The notes under the pieces were generated by a model that saw only the letters and a program-made list of their open reading frames with translations, was not told the origin of the DNA and did not search any database. Of a DNA stretch of 64,000 nucleotides, positions 1-12,890 are shown in pieces (position 1 is the stretch's first letter; each line of letters begins with the position of its first letter). The position numbers and the translations under genes were made by a program. This DNA is from Phyllobates terribilis (taxonomy: Eukaryota). The stretch lies in the NCBI RefSeq assembly GCF_046119375.1, contig NW_027362761.1, positions 92,132,001 to 92,196,000 of the forward strand, read 5' to 3'.

Positions 1-150
1 CCATCTAGTGGGTGCGATCTTGCTCCATACACTTATATTGAGTGAGGTCATGCTCACTGGACAGCCATGCCCACTGGACAGACGCATCAACAGAAACGGC
101 ACAGCCTCACTCAATACCAGTGTATGGAGTGTGGCCACACCCACTAGACA
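1..150. repeat. Imperfect inverted repeat (MITE-like), probably cut by the window start
   Basis: The reverse complement of 1-46 (ctcactcaatataagtgtatggag...cacccactag) matches about 106-150 (ctcactcaataccagtgtatggag...cacccactag). Confidence 0.5.
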
Positions 151-549
151 GGATCTGCCCAGAAGTATGCATAATGCATACGTACCCGCCGATCCCGACT
201 CTGAAACCGGCAAATCCTCACAATGCATGCGCTGCAGACTTATCAATTTGGAACGGACAACCCATTTAAGTCTGGCATAGCTCACACTTTCACTTCGCCA
301 GTTTTCATGGAGTACTATGTTCCCAATTCATTAAGAGGTGTACACCACTTAATGAAGTTGGCACATTTTCTGAATGGCATGTGACTCTGTGTACCATGCC
401 ATAAATGCTACTCCAGAGTAAAAGATTGGCTTGACTAGATTATGGATGCTATGTAGAATTTACAAAAGCTCCTGAAGTGCCAAAAAATCTGAAATCCACA
501 ACAAGTGACCACAATTTGGAAATAACATTCCTGAATGAATTCATTTAGG

Positions 550-735
550 TGGGGTTCCCCAACTCCAGTCCTCAAGAGCCACCAATAGATCATGTTTTCA
601 GGATTTCCTTAGCATTGCCCAGGTGATGGAATTATTGCCTGTGTAGGTGATGGAATTATCACATGGGCCATACTATGGAAATTCTGAAAACATGACCTGT
701 TGGTGGCTCTGGAGGACTGGAGTTGGGGAACACTG
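550..735. mobile_element. Palindromic MITE (hAT-like ends)
   Basis: About 60-bp TIRs: ggggttccccaactccagtcctcaagagccaccaa... and ...ttggtggctctggaggactggagttggggaacactg. The TSD is degenerate. Confidence 0.7.
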
Positions 736-1317
736 ATCTAAGGGTATTGTGAGCATTTGTATCAGATAGATGCATCACAAAATTGAATAAGATTGGACCA
801 TGAAAACAAAAAATAATATTCTATTAAAATGTTACTTTAGCCTCAATTTTTTCATTTTCACAATGGATAATAGACGAAAATGGGCAATATAATTTTCTAT
901 GCAATTTCTATTAAAAGTCTTAATGCATCATATCTGGTTGTACATTACTGTTTCTGCACATTAGAGATGAGCGCATCACTTCATGTGACTGTGGTCTACA
1001 ATCCAGGTCAGTGCTTTCTGGTCATGGACATGAACTGAGCAAATCCTTACCCTACAGAAACCTAGACTCAGCTTAGGCTGGCGAGACATCATCTGTGTTT
1101 TACATGCTGCTCAGATGATGTTAAACCAGGTTGGTGAATAAATTGTCACGCCGGGGAACCGGGAAGTTCAGGAAATTACCTTAACCATGGACCAGGGTTG
1201 TGCAAAGTGATCCACTGATCTCTAGAGCACACAGCATTGTTCTGCAAGGAAGGAGAGCTATTTGGCTTTAGAAACACAGGCGTAAATGTTTGAGGCCTAA
1301 ATGTGAAACTAGCCTTA

Positions 1318-1648
1318 GGCCTCATTTATACATTCGCATTGCACATAAATGTTGTATCTGTTTTTTTTCACAGGTATCCATTATAGTCTAGGGGACTGTT
1401 CACATGTCTGTGTTTTTTCATGGACCTTGTGTCTGCAAAACTCCTGATGTGCTGTCTGTTTTTAACATTGCAAAGTATAGGAGAAGGTTTATAATTTATT
1501 TATCCATCCGTGAAAAACACTGATGACACACTGACGGTAGAAATGGCTTCACGGATCGTACACTGAAGACTCACTTATCTAAAACACATAACACCGGTAC
1601 CATTTTTTTTTCACATTTGTGTTTAAACACAGACCTGTGAATGATGCC
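1318..1648. mobile_element. PIF/Harbinger-like MITE
   Basis: TTA on both flanks (1315-1317, 1649-1651); short imperfect TIRs GGCCTCATTTATA / GGCATCATTCACA. Confidence 0.55.
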
Positions 1649-1960
1649 TTATACTATTTTTTGTGAGGCAAAATGAAATACACAGCAGCTCAAGAATTGC
1701 TTTTATTTATTTATTTTTTATACCACCATGTAGTATAAGTGATGAGTGCTTTATTCTTTGGGTTAATATCATTATAGTGAAGAGATTCATATACAGTATA
1801 CATTGAGACTGCTGTATATACATCACATAGGAGACACAAAGATTGCTGTATATACAGCACATAGGATGCACCGAGACTGCTGAATATATATTTATCACAT
1901 AGGATACATTGACACTCTGCTGTCTACATCACATAGGAGACAATGAGACAGCTGTATATA

Positions 1961-3558
1961 CAGTGGGGAAAAAAAGTATTTAGTCAGCCACCAATTGTGC
2001 AAGTTCTCCCACTTAAAAAGAGAGGCCTGTAATTGACATCATAGGTAGACCTCAACTATGAGAGACAAAATGAGAAAACAAATCCTGAAAATCATATTGT
2101 CTGATTTGGAAAGAATTTTTTTTCAAATTTTTGTGGAAAATCAGTATTTGGTCAATTACAAAAGTTCATCTCAATACTTTGTTATATATCCTTTGTTGGC
2201 AATTACAGAGGTCAAACGTTTTCTGTAAGTCTTCACAAGGTTGGCACATACTGTTGCTGGTATGTTGGCCCATTCCTCTATTCAGATCTCCTCTAGAGCA
2301 GTGATGTTTTGGGGCTGTCGCTGGGCAACACGGACTTTCAACTTCCTCCAAAGGTTTTTTAAAGGGTTTAGAGCAGGAGACTGGCTAGGCCAGTACAGGA
2401 CCTTGAAATGCTTCTTATGAAGCCACTCCTTCGTTGCCCTGGTGGTGTGCTTGGGATCATTGTCATGCTGAAAGACCCAGCCACGTTTCATCTTCAATGC
2501 CCTTGCTGATGGAAGGAGGTTTGCACTCAAAATCTCATGATACATGGCCCCATTCATTCTTTCATGTACACGGATCACTCGTCCTGGTCCCTTGGCAGAG
2601 AAACAGCCCCAAAGCATGATGTTGCCACCCCCATGCTTCACAGTAGGTATGGTATTCTTTGGATGCAACTCAGCATTCTTTCTTCTCCAAACACGACGAG
2701 TTGTGTTTCTACCAAACAGTTCTACTTTGGTTTCATTTGACCATATGACATTCTCCCAATACTCTTCTGGTTCATCCAAATGCTCTCTATCAAACTTAAG
2801 TCGGGCCGGACATGTAATGGCTTAAGCAGGGGGACACGTCTGGCACTGCAGGATCTGAGTCCCTGGTGGCATAGTGTGTCACTGATGGTAGCCTGTGTAA
2901 CGTTGGTCCCAGCTCTCTGCAGGTCATTCAATAGGTTCCCCCGTGTGGTAATGGGATTTTTGCTCACCGTTTTTTAGATCATTTTGACCCCATGGAGTGA
3001 GATCTTGTGTGGAGCACCAGATCGAGGGAGATTATCAATGGTCTTGTATGTCTTCCATTTTCTAATTATTGCTCCCACAGTTGATTTCTTCACACCAAGC
3101 TGCTTGCCTATTGCAAATTCACTCTTCCCAGCCTGGTTCAGGGCTACAATTTTGTTTTTGGTGTCCTTCGATAGCGCTTTGGTCTTCACCATAGTGGAGT
3201 TTGGAGTGTGACTGTTTGAGGTTGCGGACAGGTGTCTTTTATACTGCTAACAAGATCAAACAGGTGCCAATACTACAGGTAAAGAGGGGTGGACAGAAGA
3301 GCCTCTTAAAGAAGAAGTTACAGGTCTGTGAGAGCCAGAAATCGTGATTGTTTGTAATTGAGCAAATACTTATTTTCCACCAAAATTTGAAAAAAATTTA
3401 TTTCCAAATCAGACAATATGATTTTCAGGATTTGTTATCTCATTTTGTCTCTCATAGTTGAGGTCTACCTATGATGTCAATTACAGGCCTCTCTCATCTT
3501 TTTAAGTGGGAGAACTTGCACAATTGGTGGCTGACTAAATACATTTTTTCCCCCACTG
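1961..3558 (-). mobile_element. Full-length Tc1 (DD34E-type) DNA transposon, defective
   Basis: Long (~220 bp) TIRs beginning CAGTGGGGAAAAAAAGTATTTAGTCAGCC and ending ...CCCCACTG; TA TSD on both sides. Confidence 0.95.
2166..3192 (-). pseudogene. Tc1 transposase, frameshifted
   Basis: ORF pieces [10 protein letters not shown]...(HTH), [46 protein letters not shown]. 34-residue D-to-E spacing; first D changed to N and E changed to K. Confidence 0.92.
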
Positions 3559-3793
3559 TAGTTTTTTGTTTTTTTTCTTTTCCATAGTAGAAGCTATTTT
3601 GTATAAAAATAGCTTTCTTTGCTGTATTCTGAGAGCTATATATTTTTTTTATTTGTGGGCTGACAGAGCTGCATGAGGGCTTTCTTATTGCGAGACTAGC
3701 TGAAGTTTTTATTCATACCATTTTGAGGTATATTTTATTTTTGATCGCTTTTTATTCATATTTACAGATTAAGATTTATGAGATATATATACA

Positions 3794-3794
<1 letters not shown>

Positions 3795-3840
<46 letters not shown>
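3795..3840. repeat. (TA)n microsatellite
   Basis: About 23 uninterrupted TA units. Confidence 0.97.
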
Positions 3841-3841
<1 letters not shown>

Positions 3842-5104
3842 CCTTTTTGTGATATGTTACTTTTGCACACTAAAAACAATATTTTACAAAATATTCATAT
3901 TTTTTGCATCGCCATCTTCTGAGAGCTATAACTTTTTTATCTTATCATCGACAATGCCCTGCAAAGACTTGTTCTTGGAGGGATGAGTTGATATTTTCAG
4001 AGATACCAGTTATTTTTACATACTGTATTACTTTTGAAATGCTTTTAATTACATTTTTTGTGTGTCAGTTTGATGAAAAATCTACATTTTAGTTTTTTTT
4101 TTTACATTTATTTTTTCACAGTGTTTACCCACCACAATCGATAAGTAATGTGACAGTTTATAAATTGGTTCTATGATTCTGTGTTTTTTTTTTTTACATA
4201 TTGACTAATGCTGTTAAAAAAATTATATTTTTACTTTAACTATAGTTCCACAATGGGTCTTGAATATTTTGGTCTCATACTTTGCAGTACTTCTGAATTG
4301 CAGAGCTTGTAACATTTCAGTATTAATCAGCAATGCAACACTATAGGTCATGAAAAGAAATTGGACCGCACTCGGATGTCATCCGTGTACTATCCAAATT
4401 TCACTGATTGACAGAGTGAAGAAGGTGGAGAACTTTTCTTTTTCTCTCCACATCAGGGAAAAACTGATCAAACTCTGATTAAATTCTGATCAGAGTCTGA
4501 TCAGAATAATTGGACCATTTTTCTTGGATGTGGAGAAAATGACCTTGTGATCCCATCCTTACACACAGAGCCAGGCTCCTGTTGTAACTTCTAAGACCAT
4601 GGTTCTCACCAATTTTAGCAGTTTAACCCCTTATATGCCAATAGGCTTCTATAGCAACAGGAGACCTGACAAAAGGTTCTGGGCCACCATACGCCACAGC
4701 AAATCAGATTCTTCTGGGGTGGGACCTGATAGCCTAACTGTGATTCAATCACTATCAGTGTAGTGCAAAAAAGAGTACCACTAAGAAAGTGAGATTGCAT
4801 GTTAAAATCCTTTTGGGGGGCTATTAAATATTGTAAAAGTAAAAAAAATTGTTTGAAAGTTTAAAAAAAAGTTAAAAACCCCTCCAGTTTTCCCCACAAA
4901 AAATGTTTTAATCTTAAAAAAGTAAATGCAGCTAAAAAATGTATCTTATTTGGAATTGTCATGTCCACAGTGACACATACTATGACATTATAAAGTTGAA
5001 ACCAGAAGTTTACATACACTGTATAAAAAGATATATATCATGTTTTTCTCAATATCCGACATGAAATCAGAATAAATGGAGGAAAATATTGTCCTCCATT
5101 TAAA

Positions 5105-6218
5105 ATGGGCAAGGGACAGGGAACTGGACGTGATGGTGATGATGGTGCATACAGAGGCCGAGGCCATGGGCAAGCTGAAATTGTGCCACAACAAACACCT
5201 ACATCTTCTCGCTCGACATTCCTGTCCCAATTCCTAGGGGACTCCAGAACACCACTATTTAACACAGAGCAGTGTGAAAAGGTGATTGGTTGGATAGCAG
5301 ATAATGATTCCAGTCACTTAGCCACCACCACCACCACCTTGTCTTCCACACGGTCAAGTCTCAGTAGCTGTGAGTCTGGACCGCATATTCCTCACCCTGA
5401 ACCTCCTTCCTCCCACTATGCCGAGTGCCCAGAGACAACTGATCCCACACTTGGACACTCCGAAGAGCTGTTCACTTTCCCATTTATAGATTTGGGCCTC
5501 TCGCCCAGTCCACTTGAAGCAGGGCAAGAGGAGATTGCATGTAGCAATGCCTAAATATTTGAGCAGCCACGGTCACACGAAGGCGATGATGGGACAATGT
5601 CACAAGAGGTGGATGATGATGAGACACAATTGCCAGAACGTAAGGAGGAGGACCAGAGTGCGGAAGTGGAAGATGAGGTGGTGGATGATATAGTAACTGA
5701 CCCAACCTGGCAGGAGGACATGCAAAGAGAGGACAACAGCCCAAAGGGAAAGGGAGGCAGAACACCCCAACAGGCAGGAAGAAGCAGTGTGGTGGCCTCA
5801 GAAAGAAGGCAGGCAACTGTACCCCATAAAGTTCTGGGACAGTTTTCTCAGACCCTCCCATCGTACAGGCCCTGAGGCGGGGGGTACTCTCACAAGGTGT
5901 GCAAAGTTTCGGAAGATGGTGAGGGAGTACCATGCCGACCGTACCAACGTCCTCCATGGTTCCTCTGTGCCTTTTAATTATTGGGTATCCAAGCTGGATA
6001 CGTGGATTGAACTGGCTCTCTATGCCTTGGAGGTCCTGGGCTGCCCTGCCGCTAGCGTTTTATCAAAGCGGGTTTTTAGTTCCGCTGGTGGAATTATAAC
6101 TGATAAGCGCATCCGCTTGTCAACTGAAAATGCTGACAGGCTGACTCTTATAAAAATGAACAAGGGCTGGATTGGGCCAGACTTCTCAACACCACTGAAT
6201 GATAGAAGCGTAACATAA
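5105..6218 (+). pseudogene. hAT transposase remnant: N-terminal extension fused to the C-terminal dimerisation domain
   Basis: MGKGQGTGRDG... N-terminus joined near 5826 to WVSKLDTWIELALYALEVLGCPAASVLSKRVFSSAGGIITDKRIRLSTENADRLTLIKMN (hAT dimerisation motif); catalytic core deleted. Confidence 0.88.
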
Positions 6219-7026
6219 ACTCAAATCCAGTGTCTTTTTTTGGGTGGTGTATTTCCATGCACCTCTTCACACCAACACAAGATATACGCTTCCTGATTTT
6301 GGCTATTTGCTCTTATCCTCCTCCTTCTCCTCATCCTCATCCTCCACCACCATATCACAAGGGTGACCATGGTCCGTGATGCAACACCCACATAATTTTT
6401 TTAAAGGGTGTTTATGATGCCCGTAAAAAAAAAAAAAATTATACGGTATGTTCATGTATACTCCCCAGGGGTAAATGTTTGTCAGCCCATACACTTAGTG
6501 CATGGGCATTACAAGTATAGGAGACCCGCTCCTTTCTAATGGGAACATTTTTTTATGAGGCCCTCTAAGTTTCTTCCGAAGGGCATTGGAGTGCCTCCCA
6601 ATTTTTGGCAGCCCTTGCATTCACTGCATAGGTTATGGGAGACCCTCTCATTTCTAATGATAATTTGTCATTACTGTGGCCCTGCTCTATGTGTCTTTAA
6701 ATTCTTAGTGAGGTTTTTCTTAAATTGGTCAGCCGTTGGACTCACTGCATACCCTATAACTGTGTAGCAGACCCTCTCCTTTCTAATGAGAACATGTTGT
6801 ACTTGTTACTGTGGCCCTGCTCTATGTGTTTTTTAAATTCTTAGTGGGGTTTTTCCTAAATTTGGTCAGCCATTGGACACACTGCATACCCTATAACTGT
6901 ATAGCAAACTCTCTCCTTTCTAATGGGAATTTGTCGTTACTGTGGCCCTGCTCTATGTGTCTTCAAATTCTTAGTGGGGTTTTTCCCAAATTTTGACAGC
7001 CCTTGCAGTCACATCATGAGCATTAC

Positions 7027-7997
7027 TGTAACGGGTCCGGGAGGCGGAACCTCTGAGCTACTAAACAAGGGGGCGGCCCTTGTAAGGGAGCGGGTGGCAG
7101 TCTCTGGGTGAACGGACAGGGAGTTACGGCAAGTGATCAGGGCAGTCTCTGGGTAAGGGGTAGGTACGACCTGTGATGGCAGAACCTCCGGGTAGGCAAG
7201 CAGGCAGATGGTAGACGTGTGCTCCCAGGTGAGCAAGCGAGAGTCTCTGGAATAGCAGGTGGTCACGGCACGTGACGGCGGAACCTCCGGGCTGGCAGGC
7301 AGGTAGGTAACGGAGAAGCGCTCCCGGGTGAGCGGGCAAGAGTCTCTGGAATAGCTGGTGGTCACCGCACGTGACAACAGGACCTCCGGGCTGGCAAGCA
7401 GGCAGATAACGGAGAAGCGCTCCCAGGTGAGCGGGCAAGCTGGTCCATAGACAGACTGACCGGAGTTGTAAGGCAGACCGTCGGACCTCAGGCAAGCAGG
7501 CAGGTAGCTGATATGCGCTCCCAGGTGAGCGGGCAGGCTGGTCCTTTAGACAGACTGACAGGAGTAGTAGGGCAGACCGTCGGACCTCAGACTGGCAGAC
7601 AGGTAACAAGTATTCAGGCAGGAAACTGGCAGGTAACTGGCAGGTAACTGGCAACGGGACCTGAGGGCTGAAGCACAGGTGAGACACAGGTGCAAACAAC
7701 ATTGCTCGGGCACCTCCATTTTGGAGGAGGTGCCTTAAATATGATGAAGTCCTCCGGCCATTGGCCGGGGACTCCTTAGGACGGCGCGCGCGGCCCCTTT
7801 AAGAGGAGGGGAGCGCGCGCGCGCGCGCCCTAAGCACAGGGGCCGGGAAGGAGCGCGCGCTGAGAGCAGAGCGGGAGGAGGACGCCGGGAAGGAGCGCGC
7901 GCTGACAGCAGAGCGGGGAGAGGACGCCGGGCACGGAGCAGAGCGGTGAGGGGAGCAGCGCCCCTGCCTAGCAGAGGGCAGGGACGCCAGCGCTACA
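7027..7997 (-). mobile_element. Solo LTR (Gypsy-type), 971 bp
   Basis: TGTAA...TACA termini; perfect 5-bp TSD ATTAC (7022-7026, 7998-8002); minus-strand TATTTAA at 7741-7735; internal tandem repeats. Confidence 0.88.
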
Positions 7998-8239
7998 ATT
8001 ACCACTATAGGAGACCGGCTCCTTTATAATGGGAACATTTTTTTTACTACAGCCGGAGTAGATACGGATTCCCTCTATGCCAGTCCTTTCACCGAGCTAA
8101 AGAATATGGCTGTGGTGAAATACGACACCCACTGAGAAGCTGTTTCAGATTGAAAAACATTGTGCCCACCTGAGGATTTGATTGTGAGGGCTCACCTTTC
8201 TCCCCGCTCAAGAGCTCCATAACAGCTGCAAAGTTAGCG

Positions 8240-10780
8240 CTATCGTGAACTCTACTGAGGTAGAAGCCAGGCCCCACCAGAGGATTCTCTGGTGGGGCCG
8301 TCCAACCCTGCCGGGAAGCAGCCCTGGATAAGAAAAGTGTGAGAGAAGGTTCCCGGACACTCTATGGCTGCTTTTTTAATGTGGATCGGACATGCTTATG
8401 CATGTTATTTATTAAAACGCATTGCAGATCAGACCATTGTAAAAACTCTGTATTCATGAAAATAAATGCGCAAAGAAAGATGTTTGTGTGTGAAAGCACC
8501 ACCGACAAGTGCAAGTTGATGTTGGACGGGCTGCCATTGCTTCTGCAACAAGCTGCATTAGAGGACTTCCTGGGAGAAATGACTCCCAGAGTAGATATAG
8601 TTTTCCTCTATGCCAGTCCTTTCACCGAGCTAAATACAACTCAGCAAAAAAAGCTGTTGTCTGACTCCGTACCGTCCCTGGCCACATTCACCTGTCCACG
8701 TGATTGTGGTTAGGCGGTCCTTCCCAGTAAGTGCACTGGGGAGGGAACGGGTTATGTTGTGGGACTCGTGCTTTTGGAAGGCGCAGACGATACCGGGAAA
8801 AGTAGTGGTTGCTGGGGACCGAGTATGGATACCCGGTTGCCGCCGCCAAAAGATTGTGGACAGCTTCCGCCTCCACGAGCCTAAAAGGCCACAGTTAAAG
8901 TGCAAACAGCTGCCCAGAAATCTGGCAGTTAAGTATTGTGGCCTGTGGGTGGGTGGATGGCTGGCTGCATACTTGCGCTTGCATTCCAAGTAACAGAAAA
9001 CTAAGCAGATGGTGATCTCTATCATCATCATAGCCTCACCTTGGCACTATGAACTCTCCTGAAGGAGAAGCCAGGGCCCACCAGAGGAGTCTCCGGTTTT
9101 CTGGTGGGTCCGTCCATCCCTGCCGAGAAGTAGCCCTGGCTAAGAAAAGTGTGTGGGAAGGCTCCCGGACACTTTATGGCTGCTTTTTTAATGTGGATTG
9201 GACGTGCTTATGCATGTTATTTCTCAAACCACATTGCAGATCAGGCCATTGCCCAACTCTGTAGTCATAAAATTAAATAGGCAAAGAAACATGTGTGTGT
9301 GTCAAAGCACCACCAACAAATGCAAGTTGATGTGGGACCTGCTGCCATTGCTTCTGCAACAAGCTGCATTGGAGGACTTCCTCGGAGAAATGACACCCAG
9401 AGTAGATATGGTTTCCCTCTATGCCAGTCCTTTCACCGAGCTAAATACAACTCAACAAAAAAAGCTTTGGACTGGCTCCATACCGTCTCTGGCCACATTC
9501 ACCTGTCCACATGTTTGTGGTTAGGCGGTCCATCCCAGTAAGTGCAATGGGGAGGGCATGGGTAATGCTGTGGGACCCGTGCTTGTGGAAGGCAAAGACG
9601 ATACCGGGAAAAATAATGGCGGCTGGGGACCGAGTATGGATTCCCAGTCGCCGCCGCTATAAGATTGTTGAAAGCTTCCGCCTCCACGAGCCAAAAAGGC
9701 CACATTTCAAGAGCAAGCTGCTGCCCAGAATTCTGGCAGTTTAGTATAGTGGCCTGTGGGAGGGTGGGCCGGTGGGTGGCTGGCTGCATACTTGCGCTTG
9801 CATTCCAAGTAACAGAAAACTAATCAGATGGTGATCTCTATCATCATCATGGCCTCACCTCGGCACTATGCACTCTCCTGAAGAAGAAGCCAGGGCCCAC
9901 AGGAGGAGTCTCCGGTTTTCTGGTGGGTCCATCCATCCCTGCCGAGAAGCAGCCCTGGCTAAGAAAAGTGTTTGGGAAGGTTCCCGGACACTCTATGGCT
10001 GCTTTTTTAATGTGAATCGGATGTGCTTATGCATGTTATTTCTCAAATCACATTGCAGATTAGGCCATTGCCCAACTCTGTATCCATGAAATTAAATTAG
10101 CAAAGAAACATGTGTGTGTGTGTCAAAGCACCACCGACAAGTGCGAGTTGATGTTGGATGGGCTGCCATTGCTTCTGCAGCAAGCTACATTAGAGGACTT
10201 CCTGGGAGAAATGACATGCAGAGCAGATACAGTTTCCCTCTATGCCAGTCCTTTCACCGAGCTAAATACAACTCAGCAAAGCTGTGGACTGGCTCCATAC
10301 CGTACCTGGCCACATTCACCTGTCCACGTGTTTGTGGTTAGGCGGTCCTTCCCAGTAAGTGCACTGGGAAGGGCATGGGTAATGTTGTGGGACCCGTGCT
10401 TGTGGAAGGCGGAGACGATACCTGGAGAAATAGTGGCGTCTGGGGACCGAGTATGGACTCCCGGCCGCGGCCGCCATAAGATTGTGGACAGCTTCCGCCA
10501 CCACGAGCTTAAATGGCCACATTTCAAGTGCAGGCAGCTGTCAAAAATTTGGCAGTATAGTATTGCAAATGTGGGAGGGTGGGTAGCTGGCTGCATTCTT
10601 GCGCTTACATTCCAAGGAATAGGGTAGGGACTACTGAACGCTGCACTGGGTCAAGGACGTGGACGGTGATTGTTGCATGTCTGCAACGACAGGTGCATGG
10701 TGGGAGGCATCTTTGCAAGTGCCAAGAATAACTTATGATGGGCACACTTTTAGGCAGTGACTTGGGAGTCAGAAATGCTT
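8240..10780 (-). repeat. Three tandem ~810-bp units made of degraded hAT transposase fragments
   Basis: Marker agaagccag at 8262, 9066 and 9885. Each unit reads on the minus strand as EA(F/V)xNLxAAA..YSVPSxHYFSR...HLTTxTW plus an RKSSNAA segment. Confidence 0.85.
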
Positions 10781-11974
10781 CCAGAGATCTTCCCATGCTG
10801 TTCCCATGTTTTTTCAGCACTGTATGCATGTGTCTGATGATGTGTCAAACACCACATGGCCAGATAAGGTGGTAAAATGTTAAAATGACATTTCCCAGTG
10901 AATGCATTTGTCTTGGTTGAAAGCAATTCAAAAGTGCAAAAACGCATCAAAAACGCTACGTGTAAATATAGCCCAAGTTGTGAAGGAGTATTTCTGAGTT
11001 TTGGTTATTTATTTTGCCTTATATACAAGTCATTACCTTGGAAAGGATGTTCCTTAGCATATTTCCCAGCAAAATCCATTTTAGTTTCGTTTTTGTATGT
11101 TTTATTGTGAGTCCGTAAAAGTGGCGTAATACTCTGACAACTTTGTTGACAGTAGTGACCTGGGAGTCAGAAATGCTTCCAGGGGGTCTTCCCCATGCTG
11201 TTCCCTTGTCATTTGAGCACTGTTCCTGTCGATTTGGGCAACTTTTAGGCCCTCTGTAGACCGCCGGGGGGAGCAGCCTGAAAAATACTCGAGTTTCCCA
11301 TAGTTTTACATTGGGTTCGTTGCTTGGGTCGAGCACCCGAGTATTCCAATTTGTTCGACCTGAGCAATGAGTACCCTAGCATTTTAGTGCTTGCTCATCA
11401 CTAGTAAATATTGTTAACCCTCAGCCTGAATCTAAACACAATGCAGACTTTATATGCTTTTTAAAATTTAAAAATGGTTAAAAAATTATCCCTTTTTGAA
11501 AGCAGCTGCCTGTCTTGCTAAAGTTTATAGACAGGCCATGTAAATGAAAGAATACATGGCTTTTTGAAAAGTGTTGGTCAAAAAATCAGTTTTCGGAATA
11601 ATGTGAACTTTGTTGACTTTTAAGAAAATCTACGTTTTTAACAAGCTTTCCAAAAATTATGCTTTTTTGGGATCAGCAAAAAATGTGCAGTTTGGAAAGA
11701 GAAGAAGCAATGGCTTTGTACAAAGTCAAGTAAAAATTATCTTTTTTTGGCGCAGTTTAAGTTTTCTATACCCTGTAGAGATTAGGGTTCTCAGTAGTAG
11801 TAGTAGAGTACAGATATAGAACACAGTGTACAAGCTGAAGATGTGTGACTGTCCATCAGAAGTGGCAGTAGCAGCTAATGCACATTATAAAATGTGAAGG
11901 GACAGGTAAGATGTTCAGCTGTGTAGCGCCTACACCAACAGCCCTGGTGGTAGCCGTATTACTGTGTATATATA

Positions 11975-12525
11975 TACACCCCATTTTTTGGACTATAAGA
12001 TGCACTTTTTCCTCCAAAACTTTGGAAGAAAGTGGGGGGTGCATCTTATAGTCCGGATGTACCTTATAGTCCGGCTGTGGATGGGGAAGGTGGGTATCGG
12101 CAGCGGCGGAGGAGCGTGTCACAGGAGGCAAGAGCCGGAAGCTGCAGCTAACATGTGTGCCCGCTATTAAAGAAAATTAATATTCACTGCTCCTCATGCC
12201 CATAGTCCCTCCCAACTCTATGCACTGAAGCCGGCGCCAAGAGGTAGATGGGACTATGGGCGTGGAAGCAGTAAATATTAACTCTCTTTAATGGCGATCA
12301 CAGTTAGCCAAAGCCACCGACTCCTGCAACGGCTGGGCGATCTTGTGTGTCCGCTATTATAGATAATGAATATTCACTGCTCCCTACACCCATAGTCCCG
12401 CCCACCTCTATGCACTTAAGCCAGCGTAGAGAAGTGGGCAGGACTAAGGGTGTGGAGACCAGTGAATATTCATTCTCTTTAATAGCAGGCACACATGATC
12501 GCCCAGCAGCTGCAGGAGCTGGCGG
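11975..12525. repeat. Non-autonomous repeat with Tigger/pogo-like end motif and two tandem hairpins
   Basis: ggactataagatgcac...gtgcatcttatagtccg inverted motif; hairpins at 12166-12292 and 12356-12483. Confidence 0.45.
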
Positions 12526-12890
12526 TAAATAGCCAGGTCATCACCTAGAAAGGATGACACCTGGAAGACCCTACCTGATGCAGGGGCAAGCTGAGCTGTT
12601 TGTATTGTGATTGACAGCCCAGCTTGCCTCTGCCTCAGATAGGGCAATTGGACTGTCACTCATAATACTGACAGCTCAGAATGCCCCTATCCTATTGAGC
12701 AGCTGAGCTGTCACTCACGATGTGGTGGAATTATGACAGTACCCCCTCTTTTAAAGGGCCAACTGGACCCCTAGGTTTCCTAGGAAACCTAAAATGGAAG
12801 GCCCTGACCAGATGATCAGCCGACAAGGATCAGGCTGGTACCCAGGATCTCTCCACCAGACCATTCCAATGGATACTAGAGGGAATTTTG
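12526..12890 (-). mobile_element. 3' remnant of a chromodomain Gypsy element: chromodomain end, PPT and start of the 3' LTR
   Basis: Minus strand reads ...HWNGLVERSWVPA..DHLVRAFHFRFPRKPRGP, then AAGAGGGGGTAC (PPT) and TGTCA at 12738; same layout as 46200-46360. Confidence 0.7.

Larger units (their letters stand above)
5080..11403 (+). mobile_element. hAT family A element, copy 1: left end lost, internally deleted, carrying insertions
   Basis: Transposase N- and C-terminal pieces; the 3' region is homologous to 33054-34450 (reverse); right TIR ...TTGCTCATCACTA ends at 11403. Confidence 0.8.

Noticed and set aside
8-280. ORFs of 90 and 75 aa at the window start
   Set aside because: They overlap an inverted repeat and have no recognisable domain or splice context.
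962-973. TAGAGATGAGCG, a hAT TIR-like motif
   Set aside because: No partner TIR, TSD or typical subterminal sequence; at most a small remnant.
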